From the NCBI GenBank assembly GCA_965199715.1, contig OZ241322.1:32001-96000 (forward strand): DNA of 64,000 bases, in the 5' to 3' direction. Below the pieces are notes generated by a model. The model worked only from the letters and a program-made list of their open reading frames with translations. It made no database searches and was not told where the DNA came from. Numbering within the stretch: position 1 is the stretch's first letter; each line of letters starts with the position of its first letter. The DNA is from Vicinamibacteria bacterium. Its GTDB lineage: Bacteria; Acidobacteriota; Vicinamibacteria; Marinacidobacterales; Marinacidobacteraceae. Below are positions 20,243-30,065 of the stretch, in pieces. A program made the position numbers and the translations under genes.

Positions 20243-20961
20243 GCGGTCCAGCCGCCGTCGGCGAAGAGCACCGAACCCGTGACGTAGCTCGCGGCGTCGG
20301 ACAGCAGGAAGACGGCGGGGGCGGCGATCTCGTCCGCCGTCGCCCAGCGTCCGATCATGGTCTTGTCGGCGTAAGCCCGCTTCCAGTCGGGGCGCGCGTC
20401 GATGGGCCCGGTGAGCGGGGTCTCGACGACTCCGGGCGCGAGCGCGTTCACCCGCACGTCGGGGGCGAATTCGGTGGCCGCGGTGCGCACGAGCTGCACG
20501 ATCCCGGCCTTGGTCGCGGCGTAGGCGCCCTGGCCGGGCTCGACCACCTGCGACCGGATCGACGACAGCAGCACCATGCTCCCGCCGCCCGCCCGGGCCA
20601 GCGCCGGGGCGCCGTGCCGGATCGCGAGGAAGGAGCCGCGCAGGTTCAGCGCGACGACCCGCTCGAATTCCTCGACCGTGGTCTCGGCGATGCGCTTGCG
20701 CACGTTCACCCCCGGAGTCACGACCACGCCGGCCGGCCGGCGGTCCCGGAACAGAGCCGCCATCGAGTCCTCGCTGCGGACGTCCACCGTCTCGGCTCGG
20801 CCGCCGGGGATCGACGCCGCGACCTTCTCGGCCCCCTGGGCGTCGAAATCCGCGACGACTACCGACGCGCCCATCCGCGCCGCCAGCGCCGCCGTCGCCG
20901 CCCCGATCCCGGAAGCGCCGCCGACGACCACGATCTCGCGCCGGTCCAGTCCGAAGAGCAT
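20149..20961 (-). CDS. SDR family oxidoreductase
   Basis: GGASGIG, YAATK, RVNALAPG, YVTGSVLFADGG. Confidence 0.92.
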   Translation of the reverse strand: MLFGLDRREIVVVGGASGIGAATAALAARMGASVVVADFDAQGAEKVAASIPGGRAETVDVRSEDSMAALFRDRRPAGVVVTPGVNVRKRIAETTVEEFERVVALNLRGSFLAIRHGAPALARAGGGSMVLLSSIRSQVVEPGQGAYAATKAGIVQLVRTAATEFAPDVRVNALAPGVVETPLTGPIDARPDWKRAYADKTMIGRWATADEIAAPAVFLLSDAASYVTGSVLFADGGWTAHDGRFQPFQPPAIRSRKSAARSGPIPSRNS

Positions 20962-20982
20962 CGGCGGATTATCCTCCGAACC

Positions 20983-22461
20983 ATGGAGCTTCTACCGGTC
21001 CCGGCGAGGATCGAGGCGCGGATTCTCCGGGAGGTCGAGGCGGCGGCGGACGAGATCGCCGCGTGGACCGGCGAGCTCATCCGCATCCCGACGGTGAGTC
21101 CGCCCGGCGAGCATTACCTCGAAGGCGCCGCCGCGATCGGCGACGCGCTGCGCGCCGGCGGGTTCGAAGTCGAGTCCGACGACCCGCCGGCGTCGGTCTG
21201 CCCGCCCGACTCCGCCCGCTTTCCGCGCCGGAACGTCATCGGCCGGATCGGCGACGGCGAGCGGCGCGTTCACCTGAACGGGCACTTCGACGTGGTGCCG
21301 GCGGGGGAGGGGTGGACCGGCGACCCGTTTTCGGGGGAGATCCGCGACGGATCCGTCTGGGGCCGGGGCGCGAGCGACATGAAGGGCGGCCTCGCCGCCG
21401 CCCGCTTCGCCGCCGAGGCGATCCGCCGCGCCGGGCTCCGCCTCGGCGGCGTTCTCGAGATTTCCGGCACCGTGGACGAGGAGATCGGCGGGCACGCCGG
21501 CGTCGGCTGGCTCGCGCAGTCGGGCCGGTTCCCCAATGGGACGGTGGTGGTGATTCCGGAGCCGTTCGGCTCGGGCCGGGTCTCGGTGGGGCACCGGGGC
21601 GTGTACTGGTTCCGGGTCGTCGCCCGGGGCGCGGTCGCCCACGGCAGCATGCCGTTTCTGGGGAACAACGCGATCGGGCAGTTGGGGCCGCTGCTCGAGG
21701 ACGTCCGCACCGTCTGGAAGCCGACGCTGGCCGAGCGCCGCACCGCGCTTCCGGTGGTTCCCGAGGGGGCGCGGTTCGCCACCGTGAACGTGAACAGCGT
21801 CCGGGGCGGGCAGGCCGGCGCGGCCGTCGAGAGCCCGCAGGTTCCCGACCGAGCCGAGCTCGTGGTGGATCGGCGTTTCCTCCCGGAGGAGACGCTCGCC
21901 GGGGTGCGGGACGAGATCGCGCGCTGGGTCGCCCGGTGCGAGGCGGAGGACCCCGAGCGGAGCTTCGAGATCGAGGAGCTGCTCACCGTGGAGCCGGTCC
22001 GCACGCCGCCCGATTCCCCGGCCATCGCCGCGATCCGTTACGGAGTGGAGCGGGTGCTCGGCACTCCGGTCGAGGAGGTCGCGAGTCCGGGCACCTACGA
22101 CCACAAGCACGTGACCCGGATCGCGGGGAACCCGGACTGCGTCGCCTACGGTCCGGGAATCCTCGAACTGGCGCACTGCCCGGACGAGCACGTCCCCGTC
22201 GAGGAGCTGGTCCGCGCGACGGGCGCGCTCGCGCTCGCGACGGCCGCGCTCCTCGGCGTCCAAAAGCTCACGGGCGCGGGCCGCCGACGCCGAAGCCGCG
22301 GACACCGACCCGGCGGGGGATGTAGGCGTCGGGGTGGACCGCCCGGTGGAAGACGATCCGGCCGTTGCTCATCACGAACATCGGTTCGTGGGTGTAATGG
22401 ATGTCCTCCAGCGGGTTCCCGTCCACGGACACCAGGTCGGCCTCGAGGCCCGGCTCGATGA
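20983..22461 (+). CDS. M20 family metallo-hydrolase (ArgE/DapE-like)
   Basis: NGHFDVV, GRGASDMKGG, DEEIGG, GPG...AHCPDE. Homology appears to end near 22270, with a tail overlapping the next gene. Confidence 0.9.
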   Translation: MELLPVPARIEARILREVEAAADEIAAWTGELIRIPTVSPPGEHYLEGAAAIGDALRAGGFEVESDDPPASVCPPDSARFPRRNVIGRIGDGERRVHLNGHFDVVPAGEGWTGDPFSGEIRDGSVWGRGASDMKGGLAAARFAAEAIRRAGLRLGGVLEISGTVDEEIGGHAGVGWLAQSGRFPNGTVVVIPEPFGSGRVSVGHRGVYWFRVVARGAVAHGSMPFLGNNAIGQLGPLLEDVRTVWKPTLAERRTALPVVPEGARFATVNVNSVRGGQAGAAVESPQVPDRAELVVDRRFLPEETLAGVRDEIARWVARCEAEDPERSFEIEELLTVEPVRTPPDSPAIAAIRYGVERVLGTPVEEVASPGTYDHKHVTRIAGNPDCVAYGPGILELAHCPDEHVPVEELVRATGALALATAALLGVQKLTGAGRRRRSRGHRPGGGCRRRGGPPGGRRSGRCSSRTSVRGCNGCPPAGSRPRTPGRPRGPAR

Positions 22462-23569
22462 CTCCCGTCCGGTCCCGCACGCCGTACGCCTCGGCCGAGC
22501 GGATCGTGGCCGACTGCAGCGCCTCCAGCGGCGTCATCCCCATCTCCACGAAGTGCGTCATCTCGCGGTAGATCCGGGCGAAGCTCTCCGGGCCGTACCG
22601 GGTGTCGGTGGCGGTGAGGATGGTCACGCCGAGTTCGAGGCCGCGCCGGAAGCCCTTCTCGAGGAAGTGCAGCAGGTGGGTCCCGCGCTGGAAGCTCGCC
22701 GAGCTGTTGTAGTCGTCGTGCGGCTGGAGGAAACCCACCACTGACGTGTACGTGGGAATCCACGCGGTTCCGCGCTCGACCATCATCCGCAGCCCCTCCT
22801 CGTCCACGTAGGACCCGTGCTCGATCGTGGCGCAGCCGGCGAGGATGGCGTTGCGGACGACCTCCTTGCCGTGGGCGTGGCAGGCCACCCGGACCCCGAG
22901 CGCGTCCGCCTCCTCCACGATGGCGGTGAGCTCGTCCACCGAGTACACCATCATCTTGGGGTCGGGGCCGTTCGGGCCGGAGGTCGTGCCGCCGGAGCGG
23001 GTCTTGATCCACCGGGCGCCCCGGTCCACGTCCACGCGCACGACCTCGCGCACCGCCTCCGCGCCGCGCACCTCCCGATTCAGGTACTTGTGCAGGCGGG
23101 GATCGGCGAGCGCCGAGGCGCCGAGGTTGGGCAGGACGTACACCCCGGCGGCGAAGATCTCGGGGCCGGCGAGGTATCCGCCCTCGACCATGTCGTTCAT
23201 CCGCACGTCGAGGAACGAACCCACCGCGGCGCTCTTCATGGTGGTGACTCCCGACTCGAGCGCCCGGTGCATGCCGTCGAGCGTCCGGCCGTGCCAGTGT
23301 CCGTCGAAGAGGCCGGGGATCAGGTGGCGGCCCTCGAGGTCGAGCACGTGCGCGTCCTCGGGCGGCGGATCCGTCCCCACGGATTCGATGAGGCCGTCGC
23401 GGACGACGACGACCGCGTCCTCGGTGACGGTTCCGTCGGCGACGTGGACGACGTGGGCGTTCACGAGCGCCACGAAGGGCTGGGGAAGCCGCCCGTCCTC
23501 GTCCGGGAGGTAGGGAACGGAGGGCTGGGCGACGAGGCCGGCGGCCATCAGCAGCGGGTTCAGGGGCAT
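22268..23569 (-). CDS. Amidohydrolase family protein (Xaa-Pro dipeptidase/HutI-like)
   Basis: PGLFDGHWH, WIK, ACHAHG, TIEHG, ATD, ADLVSVDGNPLEDI. Confidence 0.88.
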   Translation of the reverse strand: MPLNPLLMAAGLVAQPSVPYLPDEDGRLPQPFVALVNAHVVHVADGTVTEDAVVVVRDGLIESVGTDPPPEDAHVLDLEGRHLIPGLFDGHWHGRTLDGMHRALESGVTTMKSAAVGSFLDVRMNDMVEGGYLAGPEIFAAGVYVLPNLGASALADPRLHKYLNREVRGAEAVREVVRVDVDRGARWIKTRSGGTTSGPNGPDPKMMVYSVDELTAIVEEADALGVRVACHAHGKEVVRNAILAGCATIEHGSYVDEEGLRMMVERGTAWIPTYTSVVGFLQPHDDYNSSASFQRGTHLLHFLEKGFRRGLELGVTILTATDTRYGPESFARIYREMTHFVEMGMTPLEALQSATIRSAEAYGVRDRTGVIEPGLEADLVSVDGNPLEDIHYTHEPMFVMSNGRIVFHRAVHPDAYIPRRVGVRGFGVGGPRP

Positions 23570-23606
23570 GGAAATCTCCTCGTCCGCCGATGGTATGTTG
23601 CGGCCC

Positions 23607-24887
23607 ATGCGGCGGCGCACGTTCCTCGGAACCGCGGGCGGGACGCTCGTCGCCGGCGCCGGCTCGGCGGCCGCGCTCGAACAAGCGGTGGCCTCGCTCG
23701 GGGGAGCCGGCCCCGAGGCCGCGGCGCAGGACGAGGATTTCTGGTTCCGCGTGCGCGAGTCCTTCACGATCGACCGCAACCACATCAACCTCAATTCGGG
23801 GAGCGTCAGCCCGGCCCCGGTCCCGGTCCAGCGCGCCATGCGCCAGTACTGGGAGGTCACCAACATGGGGCCTTCGCTGTACGTGGACGAACTCCTCGGG
23901 CCCCGGCTGGAGGTGGCCCGGCGGCGGCTGGCCGAGACGTTCGGGAGCAGCCCCGAGGAGATTGCCTTCACCCGCAACGCCAGCGAAGCCATGGAGATCG
24001 TCCAGTTCGGCCTTGACCTGAAGCCGGGCGACGAGGTGCTGACCACGACGCAGGACTATCCGCGGATGCTCATGACGTGGCGGCAGCGCGAGCGCCGCGA
24101 CGGAATCGTCCTGCGCACGGTGCCGTACCCCACGCCCCCCGAGGACCTGTCGCAGCTCACCCGCATCCTCGAGAACGCGATCACGCCCCGCACGCGGGCG
24201 CTGCTCATCTGCCACACGACCTACACGACCGGCCAGATCTTCCCGGTGGGCGAGATCTGCCGAATGGCGCGCCGCCGCGGGGTCGAGACCCTCGTGGACG
24301 GCGCGCACGGGTTCGCCCACTTTCCGTTCACGCGGGACGAGCTGGACTGCGACTACTACGGGACGAGCCTGCACAAGTGGCTCTTCGCGCCGGTGGGGAC
24401 CGGGTTCCTCTACGTGCGCAAGGAGAAGATCCCGGGGCTCTGGCCGCTCATGAGCGCGCCGGCGAGCCAGGCCGACGACGTCCGCAAGTTCGAGCAGATC
24501 GGAACCCACCCGATCGCGGTGCGCGGCCCGATCACCGAGGCGGTCACGTTCCACGACGGGCTCGGCCCCGAGCGGAAGGCCGCGCGGCTCGTCCACCTGC
24601 GCACCCGCTGGGCGGAGCGGGTCAAGGAGCTTCCCGGCGTCACGGTGCTGAACCCGCCCGACCCGCGCCAGGCGTGCGGGATCGGGGCGATGCGGATCGA
24701 GGGCGTGGACTCGGGCGACCTGACCGACTTCCTCGAGCGCAAGTACCGGATCCACGTGCGCCCCCGCTTCGTGCGGGGCGAGTTCGACTGCGTCCGCGTC
24801 TCGCCGAGCGTCTTCTCCACGCTCGAGGAAGTGGACCTGTTCGCGACGGCGGTCGAGGACGCGGCCCGGAACGGGGTCGCCGGATGA
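23607..24887 (+). CDS. Tat-exported class V PLP enzyme (isopenicillin-N epimerase/cysteine desulfurase-like)
   Basis: MRRRTFL Tat signal; INLNSGS, RNASEA, VDGAH, SLHKW (PLP lysine). Confidence 0.9.
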   Translation: MRRRTFLGTAGGTLVAGAGSAAALEQAVASLGGAGPEAAAQDEDFWFRVRESFTIDRNHINLNSGSVSPAPVPVQRAMRQYWEVTNMGPSLYVDELLGPRLEVARRRLAETFGSSPEEIAFTRNASEAMEIVQFGLDLKPGDEVLTTTQDYPRMLMTWRQRERRDGIVLRTVPYPTPPEDLSQLTRILENAITPRTRALLICHTTYTTGQIFPVGEICRMARRRGVETLVDGAHGFAHFPFTRDELDCDYYGTSLHKWLFAPVGTGFLYVRKEKIPGLWPLMSAPASQADDVRKFEQIGTHPIAVRGPITEAVTFHDGLGPERKAARLVHLRTRWAERVKELPGVTVLNPPDPRQACGIGAMRIEGVDSGDLTDFLERKYRIHVRPRFVRGEFDCVRVSPSVFSTLEEVDLFATAVEDAARNGVAG

Positions 24888-25903
24888 ACCCGCGCCTCGT
24901 CGAGGCGCTTCGGATCGGCACCGCCGGATTCCCCGTTTGGGTGTTCGTCTGCAGCGCGGTCGCGCTCGTCCGCCCGGAAGCGGTCACTTGGATCCCCGGC
25001 CGGATGATCACGCTCGGCCTCGGGGTCATCATGCTGGGGATGGGCCTCACGCTCACGCTGGAGGACTTCCGGCGAGTGCTCGTGAGCCCGCTGCCGATCG
25101 GGCTGGGCGTGATCCTCCAGTTCCTCGTGATGCCGCTGCTGGGCTTCGCGCTGGCCGCCGCCTTCGACCTCCCCACCGGCTTCGCCGTCGGGCTGATCCT
25201 CGTCTCGTGCTGTCCGGGCGGCGTGGCCTCCAACGTGATCTCGTACCTCGCGCTCGCGAACGTGCCGCTGTCGGTCTCGATGACCGCCGTCTCGACGGCG
25301 GCTTCGGCGCTCATGACCCCGGCGCTGACCGCGCTGCTCGCGAGCAGCCGGGTCGAGGTGCCGCTCACCGGGCTGCTCATCTCGACGGTGCAGGTCGTCA
25401 TCCTGCCGGTCGCCGCCGGACTCGCGCTGAACCGCTACGCCCCTCGGGTGAGCCGGACGCTGCTTCCGTGGGGGCCGTTCACCGCCGTCTTCCTCATCAC
25501 CGTGCTGGTGGCCTCCATCATCGGCGCCAGCCGGGAAGCCATCCTCGCGTCGGCGGGTCCGCTCATCGGAGCGATCGTCTGCCTCCACGCCGGCGGGTTC
25601 GGGTTCGGCTACCTCCTCAGCCGCGTCCTCGGCCGGGGCGAGGCCGTCGCGCGGACGATCGCGATCGAGGTGGGCATGCAGAACTCCGGCCTCGGCGTCG
25701 TGCTCGCCCGCGCGAACTTCACGAACCCGGCGGTCGCGGCCCCGAGCGCGATCTCGAGCCTCGTGCACTCGCTCGTGGGGAGCGCGCTGGCGGCGCTCTG
25801 GCGGGGCCGGAGTCCTGGCGATCCCGGCCGAGGCCCCGCGGGTGCGCCCCATGAGTCCGCGATGGCGCACGCGTTTGGTGGGCGATCCACGACCTCGGGT
25901 TGA
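24884..25903 (+). CDS. Bile acid:sodium symporter family transporter
   Basis: IMLGMGLTL, QFLVMP, CCPGGVASNV, IEVGMQNSGL. Confidence 0.92.
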   Translation: MNPRLVEALRIGTAGFPVWVFVCSAVALVRPEAVTWIPGRMITLGLGVIMLGMGLTLTLEDFRRVLVSPLPIGLGVILQFLVMPLLGFALAAAFDLPTGFAVGLILVSCCPGGVASNVISYLALANVPLSVSMTAVSTAASALMTPALTALLASSRVEVPLTGLLISTVQVVILPVAAGLALNRYAPRVSRTLLPWGPFTAVFLITVLVASIIGASREAILASAGPLIGAIVCLHAGGFGFGYLLSRVLGRGEAVARTIAIEVGMQNSGLGVVLARANFTNPAVAAPSAISSLVHSLVGSALAALWRGRSPGDPGRGPAGAPHESAMAHAFGGRSTTSG

Positions 25904-25981
25904 GTCGCGAGTTGGGAAACCGCCCGTTCGCCCCGGGGCGCTGGCCCCCGGGTGCTACCTTCCTTCCAAGAGACTCCCGTC

Positions 25982-27102
25982 GTGAACCCCGAGCTTCTGG
26001 TCTGGGCCCGAGAGACGGCGGATCTGACGATCGAGGAGGCCGCGCGGAAAATCGCGATCAACGAGGCTCGAGGCGTCGCGGGAGCGGATCGGCTTGCGGC
26101 CCTCGAGAGGGGTGAGGGGCGCCCCTCGAGGGCTGTTCTCGTTCGGATGGCTCGCCACTACCGCCGTCCGTTGCTGACGTTCCATCTTGAGGCCTCCCGC
26201 CGCAAAGTCCGCGGGGGCCGGAGTTTCGGGGGTTCCCGAAGCCCGGTCGCCTCGGGAGGCGGCGCTGCTCGATGCGCTGGTGCGGGATGTGGAGGGCCGG
26301 CACGACATGGTTCGCGCAGCGCTCGTCGTCGAGGACGAGGCTGAGCCGGTTCCGTTCGTCGGCGCCCTTCGCTCGGAGGGAAACGAGTCTCGGGGGCCAG
26401 CGCTCGTCGGACGCGCGGGGAGCGCCCTGCGGGAAACGCTGGGCGACGACCTGACCGAGGCGCATCACGCCGCGCGTGGGGTGGACGCAGCGTTCGCATC
26501 CTCCGTTCGCGCGCCGAGGACGCTCGCCTCTTCGTGCTGCTCAAGGGCGATCTCGGCAGTTGCCACACGGCGATGGAGGTCGGAGCGTTCCGCGGCCTGG
26601 CGCTCGCCGACGAGTTCGCGCCCTTCGTCGTGATCAACGACAACGACTCGAGGGCGGCGTGGTCGTTCCCCCTGTTGCATGAGCTGACCCATCTCCTGCT
26701 CGGCGACTCCGGGTGCGCCGGCGATGGGCCCGGAGCGGAGCGGTTCTGCGCCGCCGTCGCCTCGGAACTCCTGCTGCCCGAGACGCTTGTCTCGGAACTG
26801 TGGGCCAGTCACGCCGGCGGGGGCGCGGTGGATCGGATCGACGTGATCGCTCGGGAGCGAAACCTGAGCCGAACCATGATCGCGTGGCGGCTCTTCCGCG
26901 CGGGCCGCATCGATCGGGAGACGTTCCAGCGTCTCAGCGCCGAATACCGAACGCAGCGGCGGCGACGCCGGGCGCAGGCTCGGGAGGAGGCTCGCGAGGC
27001 TGACGGCAGCCCGACGTGGCGCGTCATCCGGCGCCACCGGCTTGGTCCGCGCCTCCTCGGCTTCACTCGGAGAATGATGGAAGCCGGAGCGCTCTCGACG
27101 AC
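25982..27102 (+). pseudogene. Frameshifted XRE-HTH plus ImmA/IrrE zinc metallopeptidase
   Basis: HTH segment VNPELLVWARE...LERG...YRRPL in one frame; middle part in a second frame (shift near 26185-26215); FRGLAL...PFVVINDND...HELTH...ERFC in a third frame (shift near 26505-26530). C-terminus appears cut. Confidence 0.8.
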
Positions 27103-27540
27103 CCGATCGAGCGGGCGCCGGAATTCCGGGATTGGTTGGAAGCGTGCGCACGGGCGGGCCACGTGCGGATTCCCGTCGAGGTGTACGAGGAAGCGCTCGC
27201 CGGCCGGCCTGACGATCTCACCGGGTGGCTCAGGGCAAAGCGTCGCATTCCGCTCCTGGACGAAGCCGTGGAGCCCAGTTTGGTTCTGCGGGTTGTGAGT
27301 GAGGGTTACGCCTCGGGCCTGTCGCAGAGCGAGGTGGCCCAAGTCGGAGCCGACCCGTTTCCCGTCGCGCACGCCCTCAAGGCGCCGGGGCGCCGGACGG
27401 TCGTCACGAGGGAGCGTTCGAAGCCGTCGCTGCAACGCGCCAACAGGCGTATCCCCGATGTCTGCGACGACCTGGACGTGCCGCGTTGCGGCACGTTTCA
27501 ACGGATCGAGTCGCTCGACTTCAGGACCGGAGGGGCGTAG
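27103..27540 (+). pseudogene. 5'-truncated DUF4411 (PIN-like) protein
   Basis: PIERAPEF-DWL...IPVEVYEE...ADPF..AHAL...VVTRE...RIPDVC. The expected N-terminal LDxN segment and a start codon are missing. Confidence 0.72.
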
Positions 27541-27591
27541 TCACGGCCAGTGCAGGAGCGGCGCGGACCCTGTGCTACCTTTCCCGCGCCC

Positions 27592-28053
27592 TTGACCGAA
27601 CCCCCGCCCGCGCCGACGCTCGCCGACCTGCTCGACGCCGTGGACCGGCTCGAAGACGGCTCGTTCCACCAGGTGGAGATTCGGATCGGCGAGGCTCGCG
27701 TGCGCGTCTCGCGCAGCGCTCCGGCGGCGGTCGTGACCGGGGCTCCGCCGCCAGCGGCCGCCGCTCCCGCGCCGGCCGTCGAGGCCGCGGCGGCGCCGGC
27801 GGCCGACGCCGGGCTCGTCATCGTGGAGGCGCCGATGGTCGGCACGTTCTATCGCCGCCCGAGGCCGGACGCCGCGCCGTTCGCCGAGGTCGGGGATCGG
27901 GTCGAGGAGGGGCAGGTCCTTTGCATCATCGAGGCGATGAAGTTGATGAACAACATCGTCGCCGAGCGCGCCGGGGAGATCGCGGAATTCGCTCCCGAGG
28001 ACGGATCGCCGGTCCAGTTCGGCGACCGGCTCGTGGCGATTCGGCCCTCCTGA
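27592..28053 (+). CDS. accB: Acetyl-CoA carboxylase biotin carboxyl carrier protein
   Basis: Ala/Pro linker, APMVGTFY, IIEAMKLMN; TTG start inferred. Confidence 0.93.
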   Translation: MTEPPPAPTLADLLDAVDRLEDGSFHQVEIRIGEARVRVSRSAPAAVVTGAPPPAAAAPAPAVEAAAAPAADAGLVIVEAPMVGTFYRRPRPDAAPFAEVGDRVEEGQVLCIIEAMKLMNNIVAERAGEIAEFAPEDGSPVQFGDRLVAIRPS

Positions 28054-28090
28054 TCCCGCAAGCGGGTTCGGCACGGGCGCCGTCAGCGTC

Positions 28091-29425
28091 ATGTTCCACA
28101 AGATACTGATCGCGAACCGCGGCGAGATCGCGGTCCGCATCCTCGCCGCCTGCCGCGACATGGGAATTCCCACGGTCATCGTCCACTCCTCGGCGGACGC
28201 GAACTCGCTGCCGGTGCGGCTCGCCGACGAGCGCGTGTGCATCGGGCCGCCGGCGCCGGGCGAGAGCTACCTCGACGTCCCGCGCATCCTGGCCGCGGCG
28301 GAGATCACCGGCGCCGACGCGATCCACCCCGGCTACGGGTTCCTCGCCGAGAGCGCCCCGCTGGCCGAGGTCTGCGAGAGCTGCGAGGTCACCTTCATCG
28401 GGCCCGGGCCGGACGCGATCCGGACCATGGGGGACAAGGCGCTCGCCCGGCGGGTGATGCGCGACTCCGGCGTCCCGGTGCTGCCGGGAGTCGAGGCGCC
28501 GATCGCGGACGCGGGCGAGGCGGTCCGGATCGCGGACGACGTGGGTTACCCGGTGCTCCTCAAGGCGTCCTTCGGCGGCGGCGGGCGCGGCATGCGCATC
28601 GTCCGGGAGCCGGGCGACCTCGAGGCCGCCTTCGCCTCCGCCTGCGCCGAGGCGCAGGCCGCGTTCGGCGACGGATCCATGTACCTCGAACGGTTCCTCG
28701 AGAGCGTGCGGCACGTCGAGGTCCAGGTCTTCGCCGACGCCCATGGCAGCGCGATCCACCTCGGCGAGCGGGACTGCTCGGTCCAGCGGCGCCACCAGAA
28801 GCTCGTCGAGGAGTCCCCGGCGCCGGGGATCTCGCCCGAGCAGCGCCGCCAGTTCGGCGAGGCGGCGGTGCGCGCCGCCGCGGCGGTGGGCTACCGGAAC
28901 GCCGGCACGGTCGAGTTCCTGATGGACGCGAACGGGGAGTTCTTCTTCAGCGAGATGAACGTGCGCATCCAGGTCGAGCACCCGGTGACCGAGATGGTCA
29001 CCGGCAAGGACCTCGTGCGCGAGCAGATCCTCGTGGCCGCGGGCGAGCCGCTGTCGTTCGCCGGCGAGCCGATCGAGCTCTCGGGCGCCGCAATCGAGTG
29101 CCGGATCAACGCCGAGCACCCCGAGACCTTCGCGCCCTCGCCGGGGCGGATCGGCGCGTTCCACAGTCCGGGCGGACCGGGAATCCGGGTGGATACCGCG
29201 TTCCACGCCGGCGCCGACGTGCCGCCGTGGTACGACTCGCTGCTGGCCAAGGTGATCGCGCACGGGGACGACCGATCCCACGCCATCGCCCGCATGCGCC
29301 GGGCGCTGAAGGAGATGGTCGTGGAGGGCGTCCACACCACGATCCCGTTCCACCTGCGGGTGCTGGATAACGAGGAGTTCCTTGCCGGCGGCTTCGACAC
29401 CGGGATTCTCGGGCGGATGGGCTGA
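28091..29425 (+). CDS. accC: Biotin carboxylase
   Basis: KILIANRGEIA, HPGYGFLAE, GGGGRGM, RDCSVQRRHQK, EMNVRIQVEH, YDSLLAK. Confidence 0.96.
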   Translation: MFHKILIANRGEIAVRILAACRDMGIPTVIVHSSADANSLPVRLADERVCIGPPAPGESYLDVPRILAAAEITGADAIHPGYGFLAESAPLAEVCESCEVTFIGPGPDAIRTMGDKALARRVMRDSGVPVLPGVEAPIADAGEAVRIADDVGYPVLLKASFGGGGRGMRIVREPGDLEAAFASACAEAQAAFGDGSMYLERFLESVRHVEVQVFADAHGSAIHLGERDCSVQRRHQKLVEESPAPGISPEQRRQFGEAAVRAAAAVGYRNAGTVEFLMDANGEFFFSEMNVRIQVEHPVTEMVTGKDLVREQILVAAGEPLSFAGEPIELSGAAIECRINAEHPETFAPSPGRIGAFHSPGGPGIRVDTAFHAGADVPPWYDSLLAKVIAHGDDRSHAIARMRRALKEMVVEGVHTTIPFHLRVLDNEEFLAGGFDTGILGRMG

Positions 29426-30059
29426 TCTCCGTGGCGCCCCGCTCTATCCGATCCTTGACGCGGAGGTTCTCGGCGCGGGCGACCCGGGACCGATCCTTCG
29501 CGCCCTCGCCGCCGCCGGCGTGCGGGTCGCGCAGTTGCGCGCCAAGGCGCTCGCGCCCCGGGAGTTCCTCCGGTGGGCGCGCGCCGGGGTCCGGGGCGGC
29601 GAGGAAGCGGGAGTCGCGGTTCTCGTGAACGACCGGGTGGACGTCGCGATCCTCTCGGGGGCCGCGGGCGCCCACGTCGGCCAGCGCGACCTCTCGCCGG
29701 AGCGGACGCGCCTTCTCCTCGGGCCGGATCGGATGTTCGGCCTCTCCACGCACTCGACGGCGCAGGTCCGCGCGGCCGCCCGAGCCCCGTGCGACTACCT
29801 CGCGATCGGCCCGGTGTTTCCCACCGGATCCAAGGCCGCCCCCGAACCGGTCGTGGGTCTCGACGGCGTGCGGGCGGCGAGGCGCGCCGCGCCCGGGCGG
29901 ACGCTCGTCGCGATCGGCGGAATCCGGGGCGATCGGGCGGCCGCGGTCCTCGGGGCCGGGGCGGACGCCTTCGCCGTCGTCTCGGCGGTGGACGGCCGCT
30001 CGCCGGCGCGGGCCATGGAATCGGCGCGGGCGCTTCTTGGCGCCGCCGGGAGGGGCTGA
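29382..30059 (+). CDS. thiE: Thiamine-phosphate synthase
   Basis: LYPI, QLRAK, VNDRVD, HVGQRD, GLSTH, GPVFPTGSK, VAIGGI; start uncertain (TTG inside the accC tail). Confidence 0.9.
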   Translation: MPAASTPGFSGGWADLRGAPLYPILDAEVLGAGDPGPILRALAAAGVRVAQLRAKALAPREFLRWARAGVRGGEEAGVAVLVNDRVDVAILSGAAGAHVGQRDLSPERTRLLLGPDRMFGLSTHSTAQVRAAARAPCDYLAIGPVFPTGSKAAPEPVVGLDGVRAARRAAPGRTLVAIGGIRGDRAAAVLGAGADAFAVVSAVDGRSPARAMESARALLGAAGRG

Positions 30060-30065
30060 GCCGAC

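Noticed and set aside
25904-27591. Islet as a prophage or IS element
   Set aside because: No integrase, transposase, terminal inverted repeats or tRNA target is visible.
29382-29450. thiE lacks an in-frame ATG/GTG after accC
   Set aside because: An in-frame TTG exists at 29382 and all catalytic motifs are intact, so there is no good evidence for a pseudogene or recoding.
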